Virus record (IMG/VR): IMGVR_UViG_3300027754_000005
Span: 3,830 to 67,829 of that record
Origin: a virus
DNA length: 64,000 nt
Strand: one strand, 5' to 3'
The notes beneath the pieces were generated by a model. It made no database searches and was not told the origin of the DNA. It saw only the letters and a list, made by a program, of their open reading frames with translations. The translations under genes were made by a program, and so were the position numbers. Positions 46,801-55,730 of this stretch are shown piece after piece (the stretch's first letter is position 1; each line of letters starts with the position of its first letter).

Positions 46801-47249
46801 TCACCATATGTTGGTCCCATGGCACCGGGCCCCAAACCTGTATAGCCTAATTCAGCATATGTTGGCCCCATGGCACCAGCACCAACACCAGTAAGGGCAG
46901 CGGCACCAGAACCACCAGCGGATCCCACAGTAGCACCTGCAGATCCAGCGGCAGAACCACTGGCAGAATATCCTGCAGCATAGTCAGCTGCTTCTAAAGC
47001 TGGTGCGGCTTCTGCCAAAAAAGCAGCCATATATGGTGCTGCTATAGCTAATGCGGCAACACCTAAAGTTGCCCAACCACCAGGGATGTTGTCGCCAACC
47101 GCTTTGTCTAACTGAGCACCGGCTTTACCAATAGCAGGACCAGGATCAATTTTAGCTAAAGCGCCCAATACTCCACCACCACTGCCGTCTGTTCCTAGGG
47201 CTTTTGATACCGTATCAGTTATTGCACTAAATGGATTTACGCCGCTCAT
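43815..47249 (-). CDS. Large low-complexity virion protein with glycine-zipper N-terminus and PT/GT repeats
   Basis: TPVETGALPVTP and GGTVAGGTT repeats; C-terminal GPGTGTSDSIPAMLSNGEFVIPA motif. Confidence 0.7.
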   Translation of the reverse strand: MSGVNPFSAITDTVSKALGTDGSGGGVLGALAKIDPGPAIGKAGAQLDKAVGDNIPGGWATLGVAALAIAAPYMAAFLAEAAPALEAADYAAGYSASGSAAGSAGATVGSAGGSGAAALTGVGAGAMGPTYAELGYTGLGPGAMGPTYGELGYTGINSLTPSVASQLLSSAGSGSLYGGGMGTVNSLIRGTDPLKGALTGALMGGLTGASLSGIGQTLAQYGINSPALSSAILSASKSLASGANPSTMLANTALNTGLSYLGNQASTGLTQAGIDPNISKILASTGVGAAKAGATGGDVLTGAENAAIGSTLGMGLGAGINAGKGLLTAPSASAEPATIHDYSTPTPNGTVSLAGIEGPMTMDIASQYLKNQSDKISDDLAKYYPTLAEQQASLADAANKANGIYSQNQTDKMALSDAISKTGYNDLRDNTTQLATTAKTLYDQVVPIQKQYDSAVAKYDASGRTDKTSYDLANSLAPQLNSLIPQFNTAYAAYDTANQNLANVYKTSIEPLYTAFTTSSDGLKTALTDYSNTNADLAKTSNVIANDLHGLDQISQGQLASNWSPGVATMQAPTNSATADSYYNQLADAFANPDQPPTTGSQTAANVTVEGAPPTMTDVGGGSPIPYVPIQTPVAEDPSQTVVDTTKNSDGTVTETMGDGSIVVSDPNTGEILNSTSQPTDAGVSPIDILSNLPTDNAPTPVETGALPVTPTPTPVETGALPVTPTPTPVETGALPVTPTPTPVETVNAPVTPTPVETVNAPVTPTPVETVNAPVTPTPVETVNAPVNNLPTETPTALTPTDIISNLPTETGTSGTTTGSGTVAGGTTDGGGTVAGTTTGSGTVAGGTTDGSGTVAGGTTDGGGTVAGGGGTVADGGGTVAGGTTDGGGTVAGGTTSGGTTSTTGSSGATAGLTAAGLAAALAGLKLGTGTSAGLSSLATTAPTAPKGTFVKGSQIASPLGSFNVPTVSYATPAPNPNSLEEIENAADGGIMHLATGGKADDDLSLKPVLMRGKQTQHANLFGLGGIPLYPIPSKADGGSIPQGFNPQFYSEGGLGSMQNKYVQGPGTGTSDSIPAMLSNGEFVIPANVVSALGNGSNDQGAKVLDSFLKAIKSQKQKHDTKHRSLDSKGALGYLLEAKRKVKK
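44545..45155. repeat. Coding tandem repeats (Gly/Thr block then Pro/Thr block)
   Basis: 36-nt and 42-nt tandem units plus CCAGCTACTGT units. Confidence 0.9.
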
Positions 47250-47626
47250 AAGTCAGCCATCCATTTATAACGCTCAATGTTTGAATTTTGTATTTTTAAA
47301 CCAAGGCTAGTTAATAGCTGTAATGTTTTTTGTAAAATAGGACCGCCGTCTTCACCATACACGCGTTTAAATCCACCTTTTTTGGTTTCTTTAATAAAGT
47401 GTTGCATGGCGCTTTTTACTTTTTGTGGGGTATCGCAAGTGAAAAAATTAATTTCTCCACAGCCTTTTCCCAAGTTTATTAAAAACAAAACAGAGTCATT
47501 AAATTGTATAACTATTGCCTGATGTTTATTTTTCATTGCCACCATCGTTTCCAATAGACGAGCAGTGTCTTCTTGGCTATGGCCAAAACGTTTCTGGTCT
47601 TCGGTAATAATCTCAGATGGTGTCAT
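47246..47626 (-). CDS. Tail-module hypothetical protein
   Basis: 126 aa behind the variant promoter GGGC-N18-GTATTAGTA. Confidence 0.6.
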   Translation of the reverse strand: MTPSEIITEDQKRFGHSQEDTARLLETMVAMKNKHQAIVIQFNDSVLFLINLGKGCGEINFFTCDTPQKVKSAMQHFIKETKKGGFKRVYGEDGGPILQKTLQLLTSLGLKIQNSNIERYKWMADL

Positions 47627-47636
47627 AGTCTATTTA

Positions 47637-47668
47637 TACTAATACGCAGTTTTGGAGTTTTGTGCCCT
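47637..47668 (-). promoter_or_regulatory. Variant phage promoter
   Basis: GGGC-N18-GTATTAGTA. Confidence 0.6.
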
Positions 47669-47671
47669 AAA

Positions 47672-47938
47672 TCAACGACTTGGGCCGTTGATTGATAATG
47701 CTAAGTCTCTAGCCCAATCCTGCCAGTTTTCATAATTTGCTGGGTCAGATACTGGGTACGCCGAAAAGGTTTGTAGCTGTGCTATCTGTGAGGCGATGGT
47801 TTTCCAGTCGTCCTCTATACTTGTGCCAATTGGCTCTTGTCCATAGTAAATGATAAAATTACCATTCCAATCTTCCCAGCTCATGTAATCTGGAGAAAAC
47901 GGAAAAAATGCTTCAGTTTTACGGACGCTCATCACCAA
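47672..47938 (-). CDS. Tail-module hypothetical protein
   Basis: Trp-rich 88 aa ORF overlapping the nozzle gene end. Confidence 0.6.
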   Translation of the reverse strand: MVMSVRKTEAFFPFSPDYMSWEDWNGNFIIYYGQEPIGTSIEDDWKTIASQIAQLQTFSAYPVSDPANYENWQDWARDLALSINGPSR

Positions 47939-50045
47939 ACTCAGCAGTAATTAGGTTACGCCCCATCTCGTAGTTACCATCAATGTCGTTAGAAACAAAT
48001 TGTAAACGAACTAAGCGGTGCTCTACTCGTAGGTCAATCTTACCAGTTTCTTGGGTAAAGTAGTACGGGCCAGAGTTTTCTTCGTACTGACCAGATGCAA
48101 ACTTACGTCCTAAAATAGTCATCGCCATGGTGCCAGATTGTAAAAAGTTAGGCTCAACGCGGCGTAAGTGCATACGACGATTGATTCCCATAAAGCTCTC
48201 TTGGCTTGGTGTACCAGTTAACCAACTAATATCGTTAGTAGTAATGCTGGAGTACACAGCTAGTTCGTTTTGCGGAGTTACTTGGTTTAGTCCATGCTCA
48301 TGTTGCCAAATTGTGTAGCCACCAGAAATAGGGAACACTAACGTGCCAGCGGGTACGGAGACAGTAATTGCTGTTGCCAATGTGACTAACGTGGAGTTGT
48401 ATGTAAAGTCAAAAACACTGGCAGTTACATCATAAACTTTTCTTGGGTCGTTTAAGTCAGTAGAAAACACAACGTGACTACCTGGAGGTAGTGTTCCAGA
48501 AATGTTTCCTTCTAAGTAAAATTGACTTGATGTCGGTGCTGGTGCACCTACTGGTGTTGTAATAATTGTGTCTGGGTTACTAACTGTTGTATCGTACTCC
48601 CAACCAGCCCAAATAGGCGTTGGAAATAACTCAGTAGTGTAGCCACAAGAACGACGAGCACCAATAGCAGAACCTGCGTCATACCACAACTTATCTTTTA
48701 CATTGTAAATAATAGCATCGGTACACTCAGTTGCCGTGCCTCTAGGATAGAAAAACCAAATCTCGTTGTACCTTGGAACCTTGGTAGCCCAAACTTTTTG
48801 ACGTTGTGTATAGTTAATGTTATCAAATAACCAGTTTACGTTCTTGTCGTTTGGCAATACTTGCACAGTACCACCGTACAAGTAAAATCTATCAACACCC
48901 ATCCAGAAGAATATGCCATCCATTTCAACGACAGCGTTGGACGACATGATAGAGATTTGGCTAGAAACAATGTCATAAGACCAATATACTTGTGTAGCTT
49001 GTGAGTTAAACGACACACGAATTAAGCTGTCAGTAGACCAAAACAAGCCAGACGGTGCGTTAGTACCACCACGCATTGGCATACCTTTAACAATCTTTGA
49101 TGAAGATACGTTTACTTGGTTAGCTAGTGGACCGTTCCAGTCGTATAAGGTTTGCTCGTTGTAAACATTGCTTACATTATTGTTGGCAATATATCCATGC
49201 GATCCATACACAAAGATAAATGGGTATAGTACACAAACACCACCATCTACAGAAATAGTTTGGTATGTTGGGTTTTGACCAGCACTGTCAGATAGTCCAG
49301 TAAAATTAAATTGATTATTCGGATCTGGAGATACATTACCCACTAATATTTGAGACTCAACACCGCTGTCAATGTTTTGTAAGTTTAAGCCAGGGTGAGC
49401 AATTAAATTTAATGTTCCACCCGATGGGCTAAACTGCGCATCAAATTGCCAGTTATTTCTATCATCCGCTGTAAATAAAGTGCCTTTTAACCAGGTCTGC
49501 GTAATGGTTCCTGCAGGAGCCGCTGGACTAAATATAATAGTCGTGCTATTTGTGACCCCACCAGTGTACGTTGCTGAACTAACAGTATAGGCTGTTGCAA
49601 CACTAGAATTGGTAAAAATAATTTCTTCGCCAGCAGCAAATACTGCAGTGCCGTCACCAGCAATAGTAATTTGTGTAGTAGTATTTGCAGTTACCGTAGC
49701 CTGAACAATTCCGGGTAACATGTTGGCAATGTACGGGCCACTACCAGAGCCATAAGTTGTTCCAGTGGTAAATACATCTAAAGTATCAGCAGTTCCAGCA
49801 AAAACATAGTTAACACCATTGTACGGAATGTTAATCATGCCGCGGTAGATGCCATTAAAACTAGTGAACAATGTGGCAAAGCCACCTATTTTCTTAGGGT
49901 CGCCACGTTGAAAACGGCACCATACGCCGTCGGTGTACTGATCAGCTTGGAACACGGTACCGTCGCGTTTAATTCCAGGCTGTACTACTAGGCTGTAAAT
50001 CCTTGTGTACTGCGACATGTCCTGTTGCTGATTATCAGCCGCCAT
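47919..50045 (-). CDS. Tail nozzle / DNA stabilisation protein (P22 gp10-like)
   Basis: PGIKRDGT, CRFQRG.PKKIGG, FWMGVDRFYLYGG, NEIWFFYP beta-propeller pattern. Confidence 0.75.
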   Translation of the reverse strand: MAADNQQQDMSQYTRIYSLVVQPGIKRDGTVFQADQYTDGVWCRFQRGDPKKIGGFATLFTSFNGIYRGMINIPYNGVNYVFAGTADTLDVFTTGTTYGSGSGPYIANMLPGIVQATVTANTTTQITIAGDGTAVFAAGEEIIFTNSSVATAYTVSSATYTGGVTNSTTIIFSPAAPAGTITQTWLKGTLFTADDRNNWQFDAQFSPSGGTLNLIAHPGLNLQNIDSGVESQILVGNVSPDPNNQFNFTGLSDSAGQNPTYQTISVDGGVCVLYPFIFVYGSHGYIANNNVSNVYNEQTLYDWNGPLANQVNVSSSKIVKGMPMRGGTNAPSGLFWSTDSLIRVSFNSQATQVYWSYDIVSSQISIMSSNAVVEMDGIFFWMGVDRFYLYGGTVQVLPNDKNVNWLFDNINYTQRQKVWATKVPRYNEIWFFYPRGTATECTDAIIYNVKDKLWYDAGSAIGARRSCGYTTELFPTPIWAGWEYDTTVSNPDTIITTPVGAPAPTSSQFYLEGNISGTLPPGSHVVFSTDLNDPRKVYDVTASVFDFTYNSTLVTLATAITVSVPAGTLVFPISGGYTIWQHEHGLNQVTPQNELAVYSSITTNDISWLTGTPSQESFMGINRRMHLRRVEPNFLQSGTMAMTILGRKFASGQYEENSGPYYFTQETGKIDLRVEHRLVRLQFVSNDIDGNYEMGRNLITAEFGDERP

Positions 50046-51305
50046 TTAGAACGTTCCACCACTAATTAAGTCTGCTGTTAGTGTTGCATTAACTTTCATT
50101 TTTGGCAACAATGTGTTGGTGTTGTCCATGTATGCCATTTGAACACCATTGGCAGAAAAGCCAAGAATATTAGCGCCTACTAAGTACATGCCCGTGGTTG
50201 CGTCTGATATAAATGAATAGGACGGTGCTGCAGCAATGCCGTCAACGGCGTAGAAGAGGTTACTAGCCGTTGAAGTTAACAAGTACAAATTCTGGCTGTC
50301 ACTTAAAACAGTGGCAATGTTGCCGGTAGTAACAACCAATGGTGGCTGTGCGCTACCTTGAATTTCAAACTCAATATTATAGTCTGCGTGACCTGTGTCA
50401 TTTAAAAATATGTAAAGTTGTGTAGTAGCGGGCAACGTAACAGTTAGTGTTGTTGAGCGACTACCAGTCTGTGCAATGTAAGTTTGAATAATTGGCGCAA
50501 ACGTTACTAAGCTAAACGTAGATCCAACAATAGAGTCAACGTCATAGGTTGCTGAAGTAAATGTTATGTTTGCTGGAGCGGCCAAGCCAACGGTTATAAA
50601 ATTACCAGTGTTAACATCAAAAACAATAAACCCAGAATCGCCAGGGTTTGCTGTAACGCTACTAACGCCGTTGATTGTGTTTGGTGAAGGTGCATTGATA
50701 GCCAACGCACCAGTTCCATTGTTTCTAAATCCAATGTACCAACCAGTTGAAAGAGACGCAATTGTTGGTAATGTAAATGTGCCAGCGCCACTGTTCCAAG
50801 AAAAAGTAGAGGCACGACTTGCGTCGTTAATTGTTGGGCTTGTGGTTACATTTACAATGTTTTGTGTGGTCGCTAATTGACCAGCTATGGTAGCTAAACC
50901 GGCGCCTTGAAGAGTTGCTGCGTCAGCGTACGATGTGCCCGCACCGAACTCAATGCTATCCCAAACACCACCCACAGAGCTATTATCAGTAAGGTATACA
51001 TAACGAGCCATGCCGACTGTGATTGTAATTGTCTGACCACCAGCCGCGTCTTCTAAAACAAAACTGTTTGCACCCAGGTTACGAATAAGAATGTCTTCAC
51101 CTACAGAACCCTGAGTGGCATCTGGTAAACTAATGGTTAGGCCGCTAGTAGAGGCAACGCAGTCCATAATACGGGCAGAAGGTACTTGTGTAGGATTAAC
51201 TACTGCAGGCCAATAAAGCTGAGTATCTTCACTAAACGACAGAGCGTAATACGATACGTCCGTTGGCTGGATAACATTGCCGGTAAATGGGGAAGTAAAA
51301 GTCAT
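50046..51305 (-). CDS. Tail structural protein
   Basis: Beta-rich, repeated TxTLP motifs, APSYSF..D..TG fibre motif. Confidence 0.65.
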   Translation of the reverse strand: MTFTSPFTGNVIQPTDVSYYALSFSEDTQLYWPAVVNPTQVPSARIMDCVASTSGLTISLPDATQGSVGEDILIRNLGANSFVLEDAAGGQTITITVGMARYVYLTDNSSVGGVWDSIEFGAGTSYADAATLQGAGLATIAGQLATTQNIVNVTTSPTINDASRASTFSWNSGAGTFTLPTIASLSTGWYIGFRNNGTGALAINAPSPNTINGVSSVTANPGDSGFIVFDVNTGNFITVGLAAPANITFTSATYDVDSIVGSTFSLVTFAPIIQTYIAQTGSRSTTLTVTLPATTQLYIFLNDTGHADYNIEFEIQGSAQPPLVVTTGNIATVLSDSQNLYLLTSTASNLFYAVDGIAAAPSYSFISDATTGMYLVGANILGFSANGVQMAYMDNTNTLLPKMKVNATLTADLISGGTF

Positions 51306-51308
51306 ATA

Positions 51309-51929
51309 TTAAGGTTCCTGTACCGAAGTATTTCTGTCCACTCGGCGTGTATTGTCTTCTTTTTTCAAGGCGGCCAATGCGTCTGTATAGTAGCCCTTCC
51401 AAATAGGCAACTTATCTAATGCTTTTAAGTATCCTTGAGCTTGTAACAATGTGCCAAATAGCATTGCTTGAGGAGCTTCTCTAGTAAACAGATTTTGTTG
51501 ATTGGATGTATCTAATGGTTGAATTTCACTGTAGTAAATAATTTCTACAGGATAGTCTGCGTCTGGTTCTGGAGCAAAAGCCCAATTATTGTAATCATAC
51601 TCTCCATAATACAAGGGTACATTTGGGGTTGACTCAGACTGGTATTGTGCTATGTAGTCTTGTGAACGCATTAGCATTGGCTTACCATTAGTCTTTAGTG
51701 AGACTGTTTTTCTCCAGCGGGCTGGCTTAGCAAGAACTACTTGGTTTTCAAGTAGTGTTGTTTCAACAACTGTCAACTGCAACAAAGTCTTTAACTCGGC
51801 AGCAATAGCAGACTCAGCCAATCCAATTAGGTTAGGAATCTGAGCAACAAATTGAGCGTCGTTGCGCTCCATGTAGTTAATTACATCTTGTATGAGGTTA
51901 TCATACGTCATCTGATATGCGCTGGTCAT
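51309..51929 (-). CDS. Head-tail adaptor protein
   Basis: TYDNL...IPNLIGLAE...P.PD..Y.VEI.YY...LFGTL adaptor pattern. Confidence 0.7.
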   Translation of the reverse strand: MTSAYQMTYDNLIQDVINYMERNDAQFVAQIPNLIGLAESAIAAELKTLLQLTVVETTLLENQVVLAKPARWRKTVSLKTNGKPMLMRSQDYIAQYQSESTPNVPLYYGEYDYNNWAFAPEPDADYPVEIIYYSEIQPLDTSNQQNLFTREAPQAMLFGTLLQAQGYLKALDKLPIWKGYYTDALAALKKEDNTRRVDRNTSVQEP

Positions 51930-52993
51930 CTTGTGTAATAACTTATGTTAGGCTGAAAGTAAATAGGCGACTTATCACGTTCTTCATCACTAGCTTGCAA
52001 AAATAATTTATCCGCTTGTTGTTCTAAATACGCAACACGCGCAAGATCGGTGTTCGGTAATTGCATAGACAATTTATGCGATAACGAGGCTTGAACAGAA
52101 GCAATCCAGCGATTAGGAATGTACAGCTCATTTGTTAATGAGCCAACATCTTGCATTTGCTTTTCAATCAACAATTGAAACATTTGAAAGTCGTTGTTTG
52201 GCACGGGCCATAGATACATCTTAGGCTCGATCTGACGATCGTACCAATACTGCAGTGAGCGTTGGCTTGGGAATTGTTTGTTTGGGAGATTCCAGTAATC
52301 GTCTTTGTTTAAGCGAGCCAAAGGAATAACTTGCTGGCTGGTTGAAAAAACGATTTGACGTACTGAAAAGGTTGTTGCTACTGTCTCTCTAAGACGGTAG
52401 AATGTGTTGACTGGAGTAATAGATAGAGGAAAATAAGCCCATTCTCTGTCTGATAAGGTGGTCTCTGGAAGCTGCAGTACTGTAGTCCAAGTAATTCCAT
52501 CGGTACTGGTTTCGTATGCAAAGTTGTAGGTCTGCGTACCACCGCCAGTAGCGTAGCCATTAAAGCCGATGTAGTATACGCTTTGACCGCCTTGATAGTA
52601 TAAACCAAACCAGTTCTCAAGTGCAGTAGAAGTAGAAACAATGTCTAAGTTCTGAGCAAATACTGCAGGGGAGTCTGGATTAGCAACTGGCAGATATTCG
52701 TCAGCTTCTGAGTTGATGATATAGACCCAATTGGCTTCACGCACATCAATTGTAGTAGCTGGAAGGTTAAGATATTGTTGTGCTGTTACAGCACCAACCA
52801 ATTTGTTTTCCAACAGCCAAAGGTTTACGCCTAAATTAGATAAATTTTGAAGATTGTAAAAAAGAGCTTGTTTACCCGCATTGATATATTCAGGCGTGAT
52901 TTCTTCTGCTATTCTACCAGCATCACGATATGCATAAGAAATAAGTTGGTCAACATTGATTTTTGTGTCGCCAGTGGTGCCTGAATAAGCCAT
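51926..52993 (-). CDS. Second adaptor-like tail protein with inserted beta-sandwich
   Basis: LSNLGVNLW...Y..LPNK...YWYDRQ...YLWPVP; insert YETSTDGITWTTV resembles a discoidin fold. Confidence 0.65.
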   Translation of the reverse strand: MAYSGTTGDTKINVDQLISYAYRDAGRIAEEITPEYINAGKQALFYNLQNLSNLGVNLWLLENKLVGAVTAQQYLNLPATTIDVREANWVYIINSEADEYLPVANPDSPAVFAQNLDIVSTSTALENWFGLYYQGGQSVYYIGFNGYATGGGTQTYNFAYETSTDGITWTTVLQLPETTLSDREWAYFPLSITPVNTFYRLRETVATTFSVRQIVFSTSQQVIPLARLNKDDYWNLPNKQFPSQRSLQYWYDRQIEPKMYLWPVPNNDFQMFQLLIEKQMQDVGSLTNELYIPNRWIASVQASLSHKLSMQLPNTDLARVAYLEQQADKLFLQASDEERDKSPIYFQPNISYYTR

Positions 52994-52995
52994 TG

Positions 52996-53163
52996 TTAAC
53001 GTCCTCTACCAGCGGTGCGTTTGGGCACTTTATTAGGTAATTTGTTTGATGATGGACCCGCTTTTACAAACTCTTTGCCAACCTTTTTAGGAATGCCAAG
53101 AGTTGATTTACCAGCGGCGGCTGCGTACATAGCGCCCTTTTGAGCTTTAGATTCGTATGGCAT
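52996..53163 (-). CDS. Small basic protein MPYESKAQ
   Basis: TAATG overlap; [13 protein letters not shown]. Confidence 0.65.
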   Translation of the reverse strand: MPYESKAQKGAMYAAAAGKSTLGIPKKVGKEFVKAGPSSNKLPNKVPKRTAGRGR

Positions 53164-53357
53164 TAGCAGGCCTTTCCGCCTTTTCTCATGGCACGACCAC
53201 CGCCACAAAGTTTTGAAAGATTAGTTTTTTTGCCTTCATGTGACTGTTTGTCGTGCATAGCAAAAGCTTTTTTAATGATCTTTTTGTCCTGTTTGATATC
53301 ATCCATATCAACAGAACCGCCAGCTTTCATTTTAGGAAGACACTTAAAATCGTCCAT
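53163..53357 (-). CDS. Small basic protein with KxGG motifs
   Basis: GAAAGGG SD before MDDFKC; promoter motif at 53383-53395. Confidence 0.65.
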   Translation of the reverse strand: MDDFKCLPKMKAGGSVDMDDIKQDKKIIKKAFAMHDKQSHEGKKTNLSKLCGGGRAMRKGGKAC

Positions 53358-53382
53358 GGTATACCCTTTCAATTATCTATAT

Positions 53383-53415
53383 CTACTTATGCAAAAAAGG
53401 AGCAATTTATGCCCC
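53383..53415 (-). promoter_or_regulatory. Phage promoter motif heading the tail operon
   Basis: GGGC-N18-GCATAAGTAG. Confidence 0.75.
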
Positions 53416-53925
53416 TAAAAACAACGCTCTTTCCCTTTGGCGGCGTTTAACCAGTACTTCGGGTTTGTTCCACATGAGAATGGCATCTGCCGCACCTTTG
53501 TAGTCATTTTCGTTTAATTTACGAACCACAGTAGACTTCCTAAAGGCAGTCTCTCCAATATTGAAACAGAGGCTGTATAAGGCGTCAAATTGGTTCTGGG
53601 CTAGGGGTACCTTCACCGAAGTCTCTACGGCTTCGCTACACCACTTTAAATCGCTTTTAAGTAGATCTTTAACTTCTTGATCTGATAGGGTTGCAGTAAG
53701 TAAATGCGGTTCAGAAGTTTTGATAAGATGGCCGACCCCGATTGTGAGTAAGCCTTTGGAGTCTTTATATGCTTTATTTTTAAACCCTTCTTCCTTAGTA
53801 ATGAAAGATAGCGTGGATTCTGCGATTGCCATAATGTTCTCTTCAATATGGGTATATCGGTTTGTTAGGTGGATTGCCGCAAAGATACCAAGGCACCACA
53901 GCACTACAGCAATTAACTTTTTCAT
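53407..53925 (-). CDS. Endolysin, GH24 muramidase with hydrophobic N-terminus
   Basis: EEG...AYKD.KG..TIGVGH (E-8x-D-5x-T), QNQFDAL.S..FNIG, RRQRERALF. Confidence 0.92.
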   Translation of the reverse strand: MKKLIAVVLWCLGIFAAIHLTNRYTHIEENIMAIAESTLSFITKEEGFKNKAYKDSKGLLTIGVGHLIKTSEPHLLTATLSDQEVKDLLKSDLKWCSEAVETSVKVPLAQNQFDALYSLCFNIGETAFRKSTVVRKLNENDYKGAADAILMWNKPEVLVKRRQRERALFLGA

Positions 53926-53964
53926 TCGGGCTCCTTTTTGTGTAATATGTTACACAATTTGGGG

Positions 53965-54375
53965 TCATTTACTTAATGTGTCGTATTGTTTGTAGCAAGC
54001 CTCTAGGCCGGCTCTTACTTCGTCTGCTCGGGCAGCTTCCCGTCTAAGAAAGATTGCATCCTCGGCGAAAAGGGTTGACCCAGTTCCACACGATCCAGAG
54101 CTGGCGCTTTCGGTACGACCGGGACGCTTACGCAGCTCGTTAACAGCATCAACGAGCTTAGAGTTAATATCACGGATTTGAGCATTTTTGTAACTTTCTA
54201 TTTGGGCGGCCTTGGCTTGGTAGTCTTTTTCAATTTGCGCTGTTTTGGTAGCCTGGTCTGCCTTATATTCCAAAAATCTATTATTGGCAAAACTAAAGCC
54301 AAGATACCAAGAAAAAGCCAGCACAGCCACACATAATCCCAGTTTGACATATTGTACCAAGGTTAACGGAAACAT
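53965..54375 (-). CDS. rz: i-spanin (Rz-like)
   Basis: N-terminal TM, coiled coil, C-terminal RAD.....L.AC. Confidence 0.85.
   Translation of the reverse strand: MFPLTLVQYVKLGLCVAVLAFSWYLGFSFANNRFLEYKADQATKTAQIEKDYQAKAAQIESYKNAQIRDINSKLVDAVNELRKRPGRTESASSGSCGTGSTLFAEDAIFLRREAARADEVRAGLEACYKQYDTLSK
54015..54185 (-). CDS. rz1: o-spanin lipoprotein (Rz1-like) embedded in Rz
   Basis: Manual translation MLKSVILTLSSLMLLTS-CVSVPVVPKAP... 56 aa; lipobox LTSC, Pro-rich mature part. Confidence 0.85.
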   Translation of the reverse strand: MLKSVILTLSSLMLLTSCVSVPVVPKAPALDRVELGQPFSPRMQSFLDGKLPEQTK

Positions 54376-54563
54376 TATTTATCTAGGCCTTCGGTTGTGA
54401 CAAATCGCAGCGTTGCCACGATAACGCCAACAAAAATCATTAGGCCGCCGTAGTACTTAGGATCAATAGTGGACTGCAGGTACTGTAGGTTGTCCATTAA
54501 GGCACCGAACACCACTAACGCCAAGGAGAACCAAAGTGTCTTGGATCTGCTCATGCGTTTCAT
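54375..54563 (-). CDS. Putative holin (two TM)
   Basis: RSKTLW + two hydrophobic helices, upstream of spanin and endolysin. Confidence 0.65.
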   Translation of the reverse strand: MKRMSRSKTLWFSLALVVFGALMDNLQYLQSTIDPKYYGGLMIFVGVIVATLRFVTTEGLDK

Positions 54564-54793
54564 CTGTCTGCCTTGTTGTCCAGTTTGTCCTCAATACGGT
54601 GAAGGGCTTTAAGCACCTCGTTCCAGCGGTCGTTGAAGTCGTCCTTAGAGACGTATTTAGTTGGTAGTTCTTCCCGCAGCTTGGCGAGGTCGTCTTTGAG
54701 GTCTTGAACGGCTGTCCAGAGCTCCCTACAAAACCAGCCTAGAATAGCGCAAGCGGTTGGCAGGATAAAGTTAATGAGTGATTGAAAGTCCAT
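54560..54793 (-). CDS. Single-TM coiled-coil lysis-cassette protein (holin/antiholin-like)
   Basis: N-terminal TM then YVSKDDF...RIEDKLD. Confidence 0.6.
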   Translation of the reverse strand: MDFQSLINFILPTACAILGWFCRELWTAVQDLKDDLAKLREELPTKYVSKDDFNDRWNEVLKALHRIEDKLDNKADR

Positions 54794-55077
54794 TATGTTG
54801 TAGGTATTGCTGGTTTAGGTTGATTGGTTATAACTGCTGTGCCATTCCAAGTAAATCCAATACTGCCAGATCCTAGGGACTCTACTAAAATGTAGTCAGT
54901 AATTACACCATCAACAATTACAGCTTGCCAAATCATCGCTGGAGTTGTTGACTGCACTAAAGCAATAGAATTTGCTGGTGGTGTCCATATACTTGTATCG
55001 CCATTCCAAACTACAACGTTTGTAACAATGTTACTTTCAATAATTAAATAATTTTGATTTATAAATTCTTGTACCAT
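54793..55077 (-). CDS. Tail fibre-associated small protein
   Basis: YLIIESNIVTNVVVW...IGFTWNGT pattern after a Gly-rich fibre gene; GGAG SD. Confidence 0.6.
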   Translation of the reverse strand: MVQEFINQNYLIIESNIVTNVVVWNGDTSIWTPPANSIALVQSTTPAMIWQAVIVDGVITDYILVESLGSGSIGFTWNGTAVITNQPKPAIPTT

Positions 55078-55089
55078 ATTTTTTCTCCA

Positions 55090-55713
55090 TTACCATTCAA
55101 TTAAAACGACACCATTTGTTCCAGCCGCACCGGCGGGAGAAAACCCACCAGCACCACCAGCACCAAAAGCAGGATGAATAGCATTAGCTCCAGACGTGCC
55201 GTTTGGACCATAATTATAATTAGAACCACCACCACCAGCCAAACCTTTATATGGAAATCCGTTTTGTCCATTGCCACCAGAGCCACCAGCAGGTCCGTTA
55301 TAGCCACCATAGCCACCACCTGCGCTAATAGTGGTAATGGATTGAGTTCCGGAAGAAACAGATGAAGTTCCTCCATCTCCCGCAGTTCCTCCAGTATCAA
55401 AAGGGCCACCCGCACCTCCAGATCCAATAGTTACAGATAATGTATTACCAGGAGTCAAACCTGTAAGATAAGAAATAGCCCCACAACCACCGCCACCACC
55501 GCCACCGAAATACGAATTACCGCTGCCGCCACCACCACCGCCGCCGCCAGCACCACAAACTGTAATTTTAAGCGCTGTAATACCAGTGGGGATGGTAAAT
55601 GTTCCACCAGAACCAAATCCTTGCCCACGACCACCAACATACGGTCCACCTGCAGTAGATTGTGTTGTTGAATCTGGAAAAGTGATATTTGAACCGCCGA
55701 CTGTAATTGTCAT
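55090..55713 (-). CDS. Glycine-rich tail fibre tip/adhesin
   Basis: TFTIPTG...GAGGGGG...LTPG.TLSVTIGSGG...GVVLIEW; AGGAG SD. Confidence 0.75.
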   Translation of the reverse strand: MTITVGGSNITFPDSTTQSTAGGPYVGGRGQGFGSGGTFTIPTGITALKITVCGAGGGGGGGGSGNSYFGGGGGGGCGAISYLTGLTPGNTLSVTIGSGGAGGPFDTGGTAGDGGTSSVSSGTQSITTISAGGGYGGYNGPAGGSGGNGQNGFPYKGLAGGGGSNYNYGPNGTSGANAIHPAFGAGGAGGFSPAGAAGTNGVVLIEW

Positions 55714-55730
55714 AAATTAACTCCTAAAAA

